Assembly (NCBI GenBank): GCA_026396175.1
Contig: JAPLXG010000002.1
Span: forward strand, 25,490 to 89,489
DNA length: 64,000 nt
Origin: Candidatus Moraniibacteriota bacterium
Lineage (GTDB): Bacteria; Patescibacteriota; Minisyncoccia; Moranbacterales; UBA2206
Reading direction: 5' to 3'
In this document: one piece after another, positions 28,378 through 38,013 of the stretch
How the letters are laid out: each line of letters begins with the position of its first letter
Numbering within the stretch: position 1 is the stretch's first letter
The notes under the pieces: generated by a model
The model's input: the letters and a program-made list of their open reading frames with translations, nothing else
What the model was told of the DNA's origin: nothing
Database searches by the model: none
Made by a program: the position numbers and the translations under genes

Positions 28378-29604
28378 TTACAATCTATCTTTCTTCACAT
28401 TTCTTATTTCCGAAAATTCAAGCAATTTTTCTTTCAACGCTTTTTCTGCATCCGGGTCTGAATCAGCAAAATTTGAACGCATAACTTCCGCTTCAAATTG
28501 ATCGAGAGGAAGACTTCCTGATTTGGTAGTAATATAGCCAGAATCTTCCATTCCGTCATCTTCACGCATTTTCACCACAGCATTTGGATTATCCTCTCCG
28601 GGAAAGGCAATTTGATCCCTCCTCAAGGCATAACGAAATCCTACACCTTTCCAAAACTGCCCTACCGGCACAAGCGAAACTGTTGGACCAGAACGTTGTT
28701 CAATTCCATGCGACGGTGAATTGAGAATCTCCAAGGCACTCTTGTAGCCACCACTATTTAAACCATGATAGAGATGCACGATAGCATCGGGCGGAAGATT
28801 TTTCTGCTCTTCTATAAACTTTTTAAAATTATCCTCACCCATCGCTATTTTGGAAAGATTGTCATCAATTTTTGGGAACTCTGATTTTATCGCGTCACGC
28901 AGTTCTTGTTGACGCGCTGATTTTGCATCTTCTTTCGCTTCCCATCTTTTTCGTGCCAGCATAATATCATTTCTATCGATTACTTCCAAAAGTTTTTTTA
29001 CCTTATCAGCATCAATCTCATCCACGCTTCTCCATTTAATCTTTTCTCCAAATCCTTCTGTAAGATGGGCATATAAGTCCCAATATTCCGGAGACTCATT
29101 ATTGATCTCTTGTAAATAAGCAACCTTTTCTTTCCCTCTTTTGAAAGCATCTTGTTGCTCTTTTGTTGGAATTTTTTCAGGAAGCGGAGGAGGAAAATCA
29201 CCATCCGGGTCCCATTTTTCAACCTCGTTCGGAAGTGGCGGAGGCTCAAATTGATGACCTTCAGACATTGGTGGTGGTCCATTGGGTAATGATGGTGGTG
29301 TAGTGTAATATGTATCGGGCAATGGTGGTGGCGCAATTTCAGCTTCGAATTCTTTTTTTGCATTATCAATCTCTTCTTCTATTTTTTTCATCGCTTCTGC
29401 GCCTACGGGACTAACTATTAATCCTTTTTCCTTGGCTTTCGTTTGCGCTCGCAGAAGATCACCCGCACATAATTCTTTGAGTTTTGTGGTTTCTTTTTTT
29501 GATTCGCCAATAGGATCTTGGGGCACTTCAATGCCATCTTTACGATTCTCTCGTATATCGTCTAGCTTTTTTATGGCTTCCTTCATTGGTGACTCCTCAT
29601 GCAT
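28378..29604 (-). CDS. Hypothetical protein with proline-rich PPPLP repeats
   Basis: Three PPPLP/PPLP motifs in the N-terminal half, charged coiled-coil-like segments, no recognised catalytic motif. Confidence 0.5.
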   Translation of the reverse strand: MHEESPMKEAIKKLDDIRENRKDGIEVPQDPIGESKKETTKLKELCAGDLLRAQTKAKEKGLIVSPVGAEAMKKIEEEIDNAKKEFEAEIAPPPLPDTYYTTPPSLPNGPPPMSEGHQFEPPPLPNEVEKWDPDGDFPPPLPEKIPTKEQQDAFKRGKEKVAYLQEINNESPEYWDLYAHLTEGFGEKIKWRSVDEIDADKVKKLLEVIDRNDIMLARKRWEAKEDAKSARQQELRDAIKSEFPKIDDNLSKIAMGEDNFKKFIEEQKNLPPDAIVHLYHGLNSGGYKSALEILNSPSHGIEQRSGPTVSLVPVGQFWKGVGFRYALRRDQIAFPGEDNPNAVVKMREDDGMEDSGYITTKSGSLPLDQFEAEVMRSNFADSDPDAEKALKEKLLEFSEIRNVKKDRL

Positions 29605-29771
29605 ATTATTTCAATTTCTCCTTTAAAGCCTTAATCTCTTGCTCGTCTAAATCTTTAGAAATATTTTTAATAATCTCAAATCTTCTTTTTTTCAAAGAAG
29701 CCATTTTTGCTTGAAATTTTTCCCAGGCTTTTTTATATTTTTCTGTTTCTTCCGACATAATTTTATTCTTA

Positions 29772-29835
29772 TTTCACTATCCCCAAAAGCTCCTCAATTG
29801 GAACAATCTGGCTTTCTGTTTCATTTCGTTTTCCA
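29772..29835. repeat. Degenerate duplicate of the proS 3' end (direct repeat partner of 31134..31195)
   Basis: About 85-90% identity over about 60 nt to the last codons of proS (ATCCCCAAAAGCTCCTC[A/G]ATTGGAACAATCTG...). Confidence 0.65.
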
Positions 29836-29839
29836 AAAA

Positions 29840-31009
29840 TCAATAAAAATTATCCGCCGTGATTATTCTGGTTTTTGCGTTCGGGTATCTATTTTTGAAA
29901 GCCTTGTTGGCACTTTTTCGTTTATATTTTATTTCTATACCGATAATACCATTTTTGTCTTCCAGGACCAAATCCATTTCCGATCCATTTCTTGTGCGCC
30001 AATAGTAGAATCGATAGTTCTTATCCAAGTAGCTATTTTGCTTTATAAATTCACTGATGATAAAATTTTCAAACAGCGCGCCTTTGTCGCTACGCAATTC
30101 CACATCGGAAAAATCTTCAGTCAACGCATTACGAATTCCTGTATCATAGAAATAAATCTTGGCCGCTTTAGTAATCTCCTCTCGCTTATTTTTTGAATAA
30201 GGATATAGGCGAAACAGAATAAAACTCTGCTCAAAAATTTCAATGTAGCGTTTGATTGTTCTTTGATCAGCTTTCAGACTAATCGCTAACTCGGAATAAC
30301 TGATGAGATTGCCGATCTGAAAAGCTAGAAGTCTGAGCAAATCTTTGGCCAGCTTTTTATCCTCAATTAAGTTTAACTCTAAGATATCCTTAAAAATCAA
30401 GCTGTCAACAAAATTGAACAGGTATTTTTCATCATTGGGATTTTTGATTAGATGCGGATATTGCCCAAAAACCAACACATTATTTACGATACTTTTTATA
30501 TCGAATTTATACAGTTGATCATTGGAACCATCCTGATTGCCATCAATTACTTTTTTAAAAATATTAAAATTCAAATCCAACTCAATACCTTTCTGATTCA
30601 AATATTCTGAAAAAGTCAACGGGTAAATATTATAGTCAATTTTTCTTCCCGCCAAACTTTCCCCTGTTTTATTTTTTATATGGAATGATGATGAACCAGT
30701 TATAATCAATTTTACGTCCTCCATCTGATCATAAATTATCTTAACCGCTCGCCCCGGATCGGATAATAGATGAATCTCGTCAATGATGATTTCTTTCGCC
30801 TGATTGCTGATCAAAGTTTTGTAAGTTTCAATATCATATGTCTCCAGAATTTTTTTGATCGGCTCATTGTCCACTAAGAAATAGTCGCTGTCCGGAAAAA
30901 GTTTTTTGACCAACGTTGTCTTCCCCACCTGTCTTGAGCCAAGCAAAATAAGCACCTGTTTGTATTTTTCAAAGTGCCGGCTAATTTTTGAATCAAGATG
31001 TCTTTGCAT
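29840..31009 (-). CDS. AAA+ ATPase, DUF4143-type (COG1373-like)
   Basis: P-loop LGSRQVGKTT near the N-terminus; size and C-terminal region typical of ATPase+DUF4143 proteins. Confidence 0.7.
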   Translation of the reverse strand: MQRHLDSKISRHFEKYKQVLILLGSRQVGKTTLVKKLFPDSDYFLVDNEPIKKILETYDIETYKTLISNQAKEIIIDEIHLLSDPGRAVKIIYDQMEDVKLIITGSSSFHIKNKTGESLAGRKIDYNIYPLTFSEYLNQKGIELDLNFNIFKKVIDGNQDGSNDQLYKFDIKSIVNNVLVFGQYPHLIKNPNDEKYLFNFVDSLIFKDILELNLIEDKKLAKDLLRLLAFQIGNLISYSELAISLKADQRTIKRYIEIFEQSFILFRLYPYSKNKREEITKAAKIYFYDTGIRNALTEDFSDVELRSDKGALFENFIISEFIKQNSYLDKNYRFYYWRTRNGSEMDLVLEDKNGIIGIEIKYKRKSANKAFKNRYPNAKTRIITADNFY

Positions 31010-31127
31010 AGATTTGATTAACCATTAACACTCTATAAGATAATATAGTGTACACTAATCATACACCCGATGCTAATTTTGTCAAGTATTTACTAGCATT
31101 CAAAAACTCCAGCCCCTATTTTAAGCC

Positions 31128-32360
31128 CTATTTCACCATCCCCAAAAGCTCCTCGATTGGAACAATCTGACTGTCTTTTTCATTACGCTTTTTCAGTTCC
31201 ACTCCGCCGGCGGCGAGGGATTTTTCGCTGATGATGACACGGTGTGGAAGTCCCAGAAGATCTGCGTCGGCGAATTTTTCTCCGGCAGAAACTTCCCGAT
31301 CATCAAAAAGCACTTCAATGTTTTTGGCGACCAGTTTTTGATATAGCTCTTCGGCGGCTGACAGATCTTTGCCCAAGCCAATCAGATGCACCTTGAAAGG
31401 CGCCACTGCTTCGGGCCAAATAATCCCTTTGTCGTCGTGGAAAATCTCCACGATTGTGCCCATCAGGCGCGCGAGGCCGATTCCATAGCATCCCATAATA
31501 ATCGGCTTTTCCTCTCCGCTTTGGTCTTTGTAGGTCAAATTAAAGGGCGTAGAGTACTTTGTGCCCAGCTTGAAGATATTGCCCACTTCCACCGCCTTAG
31601 TTTCCCGCAAAGTATTGTTGCCACAAAGCGGACATTTATGCTCCAAGTCCTCAATGATTTCTTTGTTAATCGCAATGTGGCATTCATCGCAAATATATAT
31701 TGTGTCCTCGCCCGCTTCTGTTTCCGCTTGGAACTCGTGAGAATATTTGGCAAATGTTCCACCGGAGGCATAGGTGAAATAGGTCTGCATACCAATGCCT
31801 GCACGCTTGAAAATATTTTTGTAGGCCTGCGCTACTCGGTCGTAATATGCATCCAGATCAGCTTGATCGGTATGGAAAGAATAAAGGTCTTTCATAATAA
31901 ATTCGCGCAAACGGAGGATTCCGGATTTGGCTCTTTTTTCTCCGCGGAATTTATTTTGGAAATGATAGACGGCTTTGGGCAAATCTTTGTAGGATTCGAT
32001 GATTTTTTTCGCCAGTGGTGCCACTACTTCTTCGTGCGTCGGCGCGAGCGCCATATTTTTTTCTTCACCCAATCCCACTTTCACCAAAACATCGAGATTT
32101 TCCCAGCGCCCGGTCTTTTCCCAATTTTCTTTCGGATGCATCGAAGGCATAAAAAGCTCTTGCCCGGAGACGGCATTCATTTCTTCACGGATAATCTCTT
32201 CGATTTTTTTGCAAGTACGCCAACCGAGTGGCAGATAAGTATAGGTTCCCGCCATCAGCTTGTCGACATAACCGCCGCGGATAAGCAGTTGCGCATTAAT
32301 GCTTTCCTCATCCTTGGGAGCGACCTTGTTAGTTTTGGAAAAAAGTTGTGATTGTTTCAT
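31128..32360 (-). CDS. proS: Proline--tRNA ligase, short form lacking the bacterial INS editing domain
   Basis: Class II aaRS motifs, bacterial-type N-terminus (LLIRGGYVDKLMAGTYTYLPLGWR), anticodon-binding C-terminus. The 410-aa length implies no insertion domain. Confidence 0.85.
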   Translation of the reverse strand: MKQSQLFSKTNKVAPKDEESINAQLLIRGGYVDKLMAGTYTYLPLGWRTCKKIEEIIREEMNAVSGQELFMPSMHPKENWEKTGRWENLDVLVKVGLGEEKNMALAPTHEEVVAPLAKKIIESYKDLPKAVYHFQNKFRGEKRAKSGILRLREFIMKDLYSFHTDQADLDAYYDRVAQAYKNIFKRAGIGMQTYFTYASGGTFAKYSHEFQAETEAGEDTIYICDECHIAINKEIIEDLEHKCPLCGNNTLRETKAVEVGNIFKLGTKYSTPFNLTYKDQSGEEKPIIMGCYGIGLARLMGTIVEIFHDDKGIIWPEAVAPFKVHLIGLGKDLSAAEELYQKLVAKNIEVLFDDREVSAGEKFADADLLGLPHRVIISEKSLAAGGVELKKRNEKDSQIVPIEELLGMVK

Positions 32361-32408
32361 TGTGGTTTTTTAATAATTATTATTCTCATCCTAGAACTTT
32401 TTTTATAT

Positions 32409-32672
32409 CCCCTTCTCCCTCCGGGAGAAGCCTGCCTGCCGCCTGCCTGCCGGTAGGCAGGGTAGGCAGGGTGGCCGAAGGCCGGATTAGGGAGGAGCCT
32501 TTCGATAACCAGCAATATCTATTTAAATATCGTTTTATTTTTTATCAACGCCCTCATCCCTCACCTGTCACGAGTACGTGACATCCTCTCCCTAAGGGAG
32601 AAGAGCTATTGAAAGGACTGTTCCGTAGCCTCACCTGTCCTTCGGACATCCTCTCCCGGAGGGAGAGGAGGC
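32409..32672. repeat. GC-rich multi-hairpin composite repeat, copy 3 (A module with duplicated CCTGCC hairpin plus two B modules)
   Basis: Same module order as copy 2. Lies in the proS upstream region. Confidence 0.7.
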
Positions 32673-32728
32673 TATTTTAAATATCTATCTTCAGTATATT
32701 ATAGACAGCCCCACGGGTCAATTTAATG

Positions 32729-33478
32729 CTAAGCCAAGAATTTAGTCCCAAAATTCTCTTCGCCAGCGACTGAACGCAAGATAAAATCCTTTTCTTTGGC
32801 TGGTGCCAGATGCACTTGCATTCCCGCTTTGGCCAACTCAGCTAGCGCTAGTATTTTCGTCCGCATTCCATTTTGCCCATGACCAAGTCGGCTTCCGCCC
32901 TTGGCAAATTTCAAAACTGAATTAAGTTCAGAAATTTTGATTTCATGTAATACTTTTTTCTTAGTGTCTAGAAATCCCGCCTGATCAAAGCCGATAATAG
33001 CAATTTTCGCATCGATAAGTTTGCACATCAATTTGAACAGTTTATCATTATCCGCGCAATAGCATAGTGCTTCGACTTCTTCACTGTCAATCACATCATT
33101 GGCATTGATAATTGGCACGACGCCTTGCGAAAGCGCTTCGCGCATAATTTTCTTGGTCAGTTTTGTTTTTGCGCTTTTTGCATTAATCAACTGTTCATCA
33201 GTAAGAAGTAATTGCGCGCTGTCCAACCCAAGTTGTCCGAGATATTTTGCATAGGCCTGCATAATCCTCGGCTGACCGACCGCTGAGCGCAAATTTTTTG
33301 AACGCTCACTCTGCGCATCGCTGGCCACTGCGCCCGAAGTCACCACAAAAATTCCATGACCAGTTTTGATTAGTTTTGCAATTTGCGTGCAAACACTTTT
33401 GATAAATTTTTCTTGAATTATGCCCGCCTCCACTAAAGTCGCCGAGCCAAGCTTAATGCCGATAATTTTTTTCTTCAT
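32729..33478 (-). CDS. proB: Glutamate 5-kinase (amino acid kinase family, no PUA domain)
   Basis: Matches ProB blocks: KLGS..L, VTSGAVA, AVGQPRIMQ, VPIINANDV, GHGQNGMRTKILAA. Confidence 0.7.
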   Translation of the reverse strand: MKKKIIGIKLGSATLVEAGIIQEKFIKSVCTQIAKLIKTGHGIFVVTSGAVASDAQSERSKNLRSAVGQPRIMQAYAKYLGQLGLDSAQLLLTDEQLINAKSAKTKLTKKIMREALSQGVVPIINANDVIDSEEVEALCYCADNDKLFKLMCKLIDAKIAIIGFDQAGFLDTKKKVLHEIKISELNSVLKFAKGGSRLGHGQNGMRTKILALAELAKAGMQVHLAPAKEKDFILRSVAGEENFGTKFLA

Positions 33479-33535
33479 AATGTTAAATTAAAAAATTAAA
33501 AAACAGCTCGCGGAAGGCAAGCTGTTTCGTAAAAT

Positions 33536-33910
33536 CTATTTCTTAAACCTCGCGTCCCCATCAATCACAATTTTTTTCTTCAAAGATCTCGCTCCGCGTC
33601 TTTTGAGGTCAACCATTTTGTTTTTGTCTTTGACAATTTGCATCGTCAACTCTTCGCAGGCAGTGTCCGCCGAGCACTCGATACTCTCGGAAATTTCTTC
33701 CGCGCGATAAAGCGCGTAGGGTGTTTTTACCATCAACTCCACGCGGTATTGACCTTTTTTATTCAAATCAACTTCCACTTCAAATTCTAACACATTCTTG
33801 ATGATTCTGTTCACTTTTTGCAATCTTTTTTCGATATACTCTTGGGCTTTTTTATTGGGATTCATTCCCTTAAACATCATTCTCATACTTTGCGCTTTTT
33901 TGACTACCAT
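33536..33910 (-). CDS. hpf: Ribosome hibernation promoting factor / RaiA family
   Basis: Beta-alpha-beta-beta-beta-alpha pattern and conserved blocks of the sigma-54 modulation protein family. True start may be the internal Met (MRMMFKG). Confidence 0.65.
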   Translation of the reverse strand: MVVKKAQSMRMMFKGMNPNKKAQEYIEKRLQKVNRIIKNVLEFEVEVDLNKKGQYRVELMVKTPYALYRAEEISESIECSADTACEELTMQIVKDKNKMVDLKRRGARSLKKKIVIDGDARFKK

Positions 33911-34131
33911 ATGTTTTTGATCAAGATTATGAGGAAATTGGCATTTTCCCTAGAATCCCGATATTTTATTTACTACAAAATTACCCATTACTACGAAAAT
34001 GCGAATTATTACCTCACTACAAAATTACAAATAGTTACAAAAATACAAAACGATAAAAAGATTGCCCCTTACTAATTTAAAATTTATCTTTTTTTCGTAC
34101 TTTCGTACTAATTTGTATTTTCGTAGTGAAC

Positions 34132-35064
34132 TCAGAAGCCGACATACATAATTTCTTCCTTAATCGGAACATCGTAGTGTTCCCGCAATTTTTGCTTGAT
34201 AATGCCGGCAAGAATGATCACGTCCTCGGCTGTAGCAGTCCCGTCATTGATGAAAAAATTGGCATGCTTTTCACTCACCATCACTCCACCAATTTTTTTT
34301 CCCTTAAACCCAGCTTCTTCAATCAGCCAGCCGGCGGGAATCACGTCATCCTTGGCTTTTGCTCCCGTATCCTTTGCGAATCTTTCTAATAGCTCCTGAT
34401 TTTCTACGATAGGATTTTTGAAAACACTTCCCGAACTGAAACCCTTCGGCTGATGTTCCGTGCGAATCTTAATAATTTCTTGCATCCTTTTTTCAATCGC
34501 TTCTTTGTCGCCTTTCGTAACTTTTAACTTAGCCGATAAAACAATCATCCCGGGAGTTTCTTTGAAAAAACTATTTCGATAGGAAAAATTGCAGTCCGCT
34601 TTTTTATACTCCACAATATTAGTACGATTGCCAGAAATTTCTAGCGCACGCACACTTTCAACATTATTCGCCATCTCTCCACCAAACGCCCCAGCATTGC
34701 CGCGCACTGCTCCACCGACCGTTCCGGGAATCCCTACCGCCCACTCCAAGCCCGTTAGTGAGTTTTCTTTGGCCAATTTAACCACTTCTGAAAGCTGAAG
34801 TCCGGCATCACATTCAATTTTGGTATTTAGTATTTGGTATTTGGTATTTAGTAACCGAATTACTAGGCCATCAAAACCTTTATCACTAAAAAGAATGTTG
34901 CTTCCGCCACCAAGCATAAAAATTTCTAATTTATTTTCTTTGGCAAAATCCAGCGCTTCCAAGAGTTCGGTTTCATTTTTCACTTCCGCGAAAAATTTGG
35001 CCGGTCCACCGATTTTGAAAGTGGTCAGAGGTGCTAGAGGAATGTTTTTTTGGATATCTATCAT
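34132..35064 (-). CDS. murB: UDP-N-acetylenolpyruvoylglucosamine reductase
   Basis: FAD-binding N-terminus (PLAPLTTFKIGGPAKFF), LGGGSNILF, C-terminal MurB domain. Confidence 0.85.
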   Translation of the reverse strand: MIDIQKNIPLAPLTTFKIGGPAKFFAEVKNETELLEALDFAKENKLEIFMLGGGSNILFSDKGFDGLVIRLLNTKYQILNTKIECDAGLQLSEVVKLAKENSLTGLEWAVGIPGTVGGAVRGNAGAFGGEMANNVESVRALEISGNRTNIVEYKKADCNFSYRNSFFKETPGMIVLSAKLKVTKGDKEAIEKRMQEIIKIRTEHQPKGFSSGSVFKNPIVENQELLERFAKDTGAKAKDDVIPAGWLIEEAGFKGKKIGGVMVSEKHANFFINDGTATAEDVIILAGIIKQKLREHYDVPIKEEIMYVGF

Positions 35065-35130
35065 CGTGGTTTTTCGAGAGCTATTTATACTTTTATTCTA
35101 GCACAAAAATCACTCTCATTCAAGCGAATT

Positions 35131-38001
35131 TTAGCTTTTTTGTAGCTCTTCTTTCCGCACTTCTTCCCACAAAAAGACGGCCAAAAATGATCCGGCAACA
35201 ACCAACCAATCCATCCAATCGATCGGTAGCATATGCAAGTACACCTGAAAAAATGGCACGTACATAAACATGCACAAAATTGCCATAGAAATTCCGATTG
35301 CACCGATTGCATACTTATTTTTGAAAAATCCCAATTGGAATGGCGAGAGTTTTTCACTACGCGCTTGCAAGAGATTAGCCATTTGAGTCATCGAGAGGAC
35401 GGCATAGGCGGCTGTGGTTGATTTAAGATAGAGTATGCCATCGGCGGAAAAGCTATGTCCGAAATGCCAACCGCCACGCAGCATCGACCAAAGAAAAGCG
35501 GCGACTGCGCCTGTCGCCATAATAATTCCAAGGTATATTATGCGCCGAAAACCGCCCAGACTCATTATGCTTCCTCGAGAATTCAAATCAAGCTTGCTCA
35601 CGCCTGGCTCTTCCGGTTCCAGCCCCAAGGCGAAAGACGGAAAAATGTCCGTGCCCAAATCAATCGCCAAAATCTGAATCGCCGAAATTGGAGAAGGAAT
35701 ATGCAAGAGCACTCCAAAAATTACCGTAAAAAGCTCGCCAGCATTGGCGGTAAAAACATAGTGCACAAATTTTTTGAGATTTTGAAAAATCGTGCGCCCT
35801 GTTCGCACGCCTTTCACAATCGAAGCAAAATTATCATCCATGAGAATCATACTCGCCGCCTCTTTGGAAACATCCGTGCCAATAATCCCCATCGCCACAC
35901 CAATATCCGCTTTTTTCAGTGCCGGCGCATCGTTCACGCCATCCCCGGTCATAGCAATCACTTCGCCATATTTTTTCAAAACTGTAGCGATGCGTAATTT
36001 TTGCTCCGGCGCGATCCGCGCAAAAACACAAGCGCCGTTTTTGATTTTTTGATATAGCTCTTTATCTTTTAATGTGTCTAGCGTTTTTCCATTTATCACC
36101 AAGCTGAGATCGGAGTCCGACTCCGGAGCTCCGGAGTCGGACTCCGATTTTAATTTCAAGTTATGTTTTATTAACCCCACATTCTCCGCAATCGCGCGCG
36201 CCGTTATCTCATAATCCCCCGTAATCATCACCACGCCAATTCCGAGATTACGGCACTCCGCAATAGCATTGCCAACATTGGCGCGCGGCGGATCAATCAT
36301 TGCCATCATTCCCACCCAGACCAAGCCTTTTTCCGCTTCGACGAGATATTTATTTTCCGCAAATCCGCCTAAGTCGCGATAAGCAAATGCCAAAACACGA
36401 AGAGCCTCTCCTGACATTTGATTATACATCGCCCTGGCTTTATTTTTTTCTTCTTCATTGAATGGCAAAATACTTTCACCGATTTTGATAAAGTTACAAA
36501 GATCAATCATCACATCCGGCGAACCCTTAACATAGGAAATTGTTTTTGAGTTTTTATCCCCCACCACTTTTTCGCTAGCCACACCACTACTAGACCAAGA
36601 ATTGCACAAAAAAGTGGTGGGGGATGAATATATCACACTCATGCGCATCCGCTCAGAAGAAAACGGATTTTCATTGATTTTTTTCTCGCCACGTTCATAG
36701 AATCTTTTGGTCTTATTATATTTCTGTCCCGCGACAATGATTGCGCCCTCTGTCGGATCGCCAATTATTTTGTATTTACTACCGTCTTTGGCGAGGCTAG
36801 CATCATTGCAAAGTGTCCCAACACGGAAAAGTAATTCCAGATTAGCAACGCCCTTTTGATCAATTTTTTCTTTTTCACGATAAAAATTTCCTATCGGCTC
36901 ATATCCGGCGCCATCTATCTCTAAAATTTCGCCATTGATCACAATCTTTGTCACCGCCAATTCATTGCGCGTGATTGTGCCGGTTTTGTCCGTGCAAATC
37001 ATTGAAACCGAACCGAGCGTTTCCACGGCATTTAGTTTTTTCGCTAAAACATTTTCTTTGATCAGTCGCTTCATCCCGAAAGACAGGGCCACGGAAATCG
37101 CTGCCGGCAAACCTTCCGGCACAACCGAAACTCCCAAGGCTAAGGCAAAAAGAAAATTTTGATAGAGCGACATCTTGAAATATTGTCCCGCGATCAGCAC
37201 CACGATGCCGATAAAAACCGAGATGATTGTCACGTCGCGCCCGAGCGTGCGCATCTGTTTTTGTAGCGGCGTCAGATCAGTTTCCACTTCTTGGGTCAAA
37301 TGCGCAATGCGTCCCAGCTCTGTATTCATTCCTGTTCCTGTCACCAAAAATCTCGCCTCCCCCGTCGCCACCGTTTCTCCCATAAAAACCATATTATCTA
37401 TATCCGTAAAAGCGACATTATTTTCCTCCAGCACTTTTGCCTCTTTTCTTTTTGGCTTTGATTCTCCGGTAAAGATAAAACTGTTCACTTTGAGATCGTA
37501 ACTTTCCAAGAGATACCCATCTGCCGCAATGCTATCCCCAGCGGCGATAAAAATCACGTCCCCTGGCACAATTAGTTTCGTGTCGAGTTGCTTTTTTTCG
37601 CCCGAGCGAAAAACCAGTGCGAAACTAGCAGTCAGTTTTTTGATGCTCTCAAGAACACGATCAGCTTTGAATTCCTGAAAAAAACCAACCGTCGCATTGA
37701 GCATGATAATAATGCCAATGATTGTCGCGTCGCGATATTCCGCAAAAACTAAAGCCAACCCCGCCGCAACTAAAAGAATCCATACCAGCGCATCATTGAA
37801 CTGGGCCAAAATCAATCTCAACCACTTCCAGTTCTGTTTCTTGGCAATCTTATTCTCCCCAAACTCCTGAAGCTTTTTTTTCGCCTCGTCCTCGTTCAAA
37901 CCATCCTGGTTTGAGCCAAATTTTTTCAGAACTTCCTCGGGCGAAAGATTATATATTTGTTTTTTGTTTTTTCCGCCCAAGGCGGACGTGTGTTTTTGCA
38001 T
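35131..38001 (-). CDS. Cation-transporting P-type ATPase (P2-type, Ca2+/Mg2+-ATPase-like)
   Basis: Phosphorylation motif CTDKTGTIT, MITGDYEITA, hinge GDGVNDAPALKKADIGVAMG, 10 TM helices. Contains an in-frame 40-nt perfect palindrome (36109..36148). Confidence 0.9.
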   Translation of the reverse strand: MQKHTSALGGKNKKQIYNLSPEEVLKKFGSNQDGLNEDEAKKKLQEFGENKIAKKQNWKWLRLILAQFNDALVWILLVAAGLALVFAEYRDATIIGIIIMLNATVGFFQEFKADRVLESIKKLTASFALVFRSGEKKQLDTKLIVPGDVIFIAAGDSIAADGYLLESYDLKVNSFIFTGESKPKRKEAKVLEENNVAFTDIDNMVFMGETVATGEARFLVTGTGMNTELGRIAHLTQEVETDLTPLQKQMRTLGRDVTIISVFIGIVVLIAGQYFKMSLYQNFLFALALGVSVVPEGLPAAISVALSFGMKRLIKENVLAKKLNAVETLGSVSMICTDKTGTITRNELAVTKIVINGEILEIDGAGYEPIGNFYREKEKIDQKGVANLELLFRVGTLCNDASLAKDGSKYKIIGDPTEGAIIVAGQKYNKTKRFYERGEKKINENPFSSERMRMSVIYSSPTTFLCNSWSSSGVASEKVVGDKNSKTISYVKGSPDVMIDLCNFIKIGESILPFNEEEKNKARAMYNQMSGEALRVLAFAYRDLGGFAENKYLVEAEKGLVWVGMMAMIDPPRANVGNAIAECRNLGIGVVMITGDYEITARAIAENVGLIKHNLKLKSESDSGAPESDSDLSLVINGKTLDTLKDKELYQKIKNGACVFARIAPEQKLRIATVLKKYGEVIAMTGDGVNDAPALKKADIGVAMGIIGTDVSKEAASMILMDDNFASIVKGVRTGRTIFQNLKKFVHYVFTANAGELFTVIFGVLLHIPSPISAIQILAIDLGTDIFPSFALGLEPEEPGVSKLDLNSRGSIMSLGGFRRIIYLGIIMATGAVAAFLWSMLRGGWHFGHSFSADGILYLKSTTAAYAVLSMTQMANLLQARSEKLSPFQLGFFKNKYAIGAIGISMAILCMFMYVPFFQVYLHMLPIDWMDWLVVAGSFLAVFLWEEVRKEELQKS

Positions 38002-38013
38002 TTTATTTTAAAA

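Noticed and set aside
31386-32351. 321-aa plus-strand ORF antisense to proS
   Set aside because: Antisense to a conserved aminoacyl-tRNA synthetase gene, with no motifs. A shadow ORF favoured by the codon bias of the opposite strand.
35455-35997. 180-aa plus-strand ORF inside the P-type ATPase gene
   Set aside because: Antisense to the ATPase, Arg/His-rich and low complexity. Rejected as spurious.
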